DNA of 64,000 nucleotides from Lingula anatina. Lineage: Eukaryota > Animalia > Brachiopoda. The stretch covers positions 1,116,001 to 1,180,000 of the forward strand of contig CM120645.1 of NCBI GenBank assembly GCA_051362555.1. Reading direction: 5' to 3'. Below are positions 63,517 to 64,000 of this stretch, piece after piece. The position numbers and the translations under genes were made by a program. Every line of letters begins with the position of its first letter. Positions within the stretch are counted from its first letter, which is position 1. Below the pieces are notes generated by a model that was not told where the DNA came from, searched no databases, and saw only the letters and a list, made by a program, of their open reading frames with translations.

Positions 63517-64000
63517 CATGCCTTGTCTTACAGAGGTTCTTTCTGTCACATCTGACACACTGTCACATCTAACACACTGTAATGCTGTTACAAATGACAC
63601 AAGACACAAGAAATCACATCTGACACTCTGTCTTAGTTGACACACTTCTATGACAATAGTATTTGGTCTTTTGGGCCAGAACCTCATCTCAGTTGAATCA
63701 TACATTGAGTAGATACATCTAACTGCAAACGAAAAAAGTGATGTAAGTTTACAAGTTTTACTAACCTAGCTTAGTCCCAGCAATTTGCTTGTACGAACAA
63801 TTGCCTAAAGTATTATTTTAGATTTTAGAAAACAAAATGTGCCAAAAAGGTTAAAAAAAGCTCTATGACAGTTGATTGTCATTGCTAAAATGAACTATTG
63901 TTGTGGTCTTGTTTTGTGATTTTTAAATCACCAAGTTGCATTTATGAGACTGGGGTTTATAATATTACTTATGGATAAAGGTATTGTGGAGATACATACA

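Noticed and set aside
1-64000. CRISPR arrays, rRNA/tRNA genes, transposase or RT ORFs, operon-like systems
   Set aside because: None recognised; the window is spliced eukaryotic DNA and its repeats lack repeat-spacer structure. Small RNA genes could be missed by eye.

Overview
Eukaryotic, invertebrate-type DNA (AT-rich, GA/CA microsatellites, mosaic CpG depletion; probably a mollusc or other lophotrochozoan, which is an inference). It holds three recognisable genes. (1) Wnt5 on the minus strand, with coding exons 21520-21423, 17077-16836 and 7884-7592; the last coding exon was not found and should lie left of position 1. A probable non-coding first exon and promoter lie at about 24081-24770. 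(2) Intronless FBXL14/Partner-of-paired on the plus strand (39116-40321), divergent from Wnt5, as human FBXL14 is from WNT5B. (3) TMEM168 on the plus strand, with three coding exons in 60591-63516 and a probable promoter at about 57.4 kb. The rest is a ~55 kb CpG-retaining non-coding region, microsatellites, one MITE and a Helitron-like repeat complex in TMEM168 intron 1. Best leads: the TMEM168 C-terminus looks like a caspase/legumain (clan CD) domain with the His kept and the Cys replaced by Glu at +42; candidate distal minus-strand exons (55.1-55.4 kb, 44.8-45.1 kb) could put FBXL14 inside a long Wnt5 transcript; and the CpG-poor first 1.6 kb may be the 3' end of another gene nested in the last Wnt5 intron.
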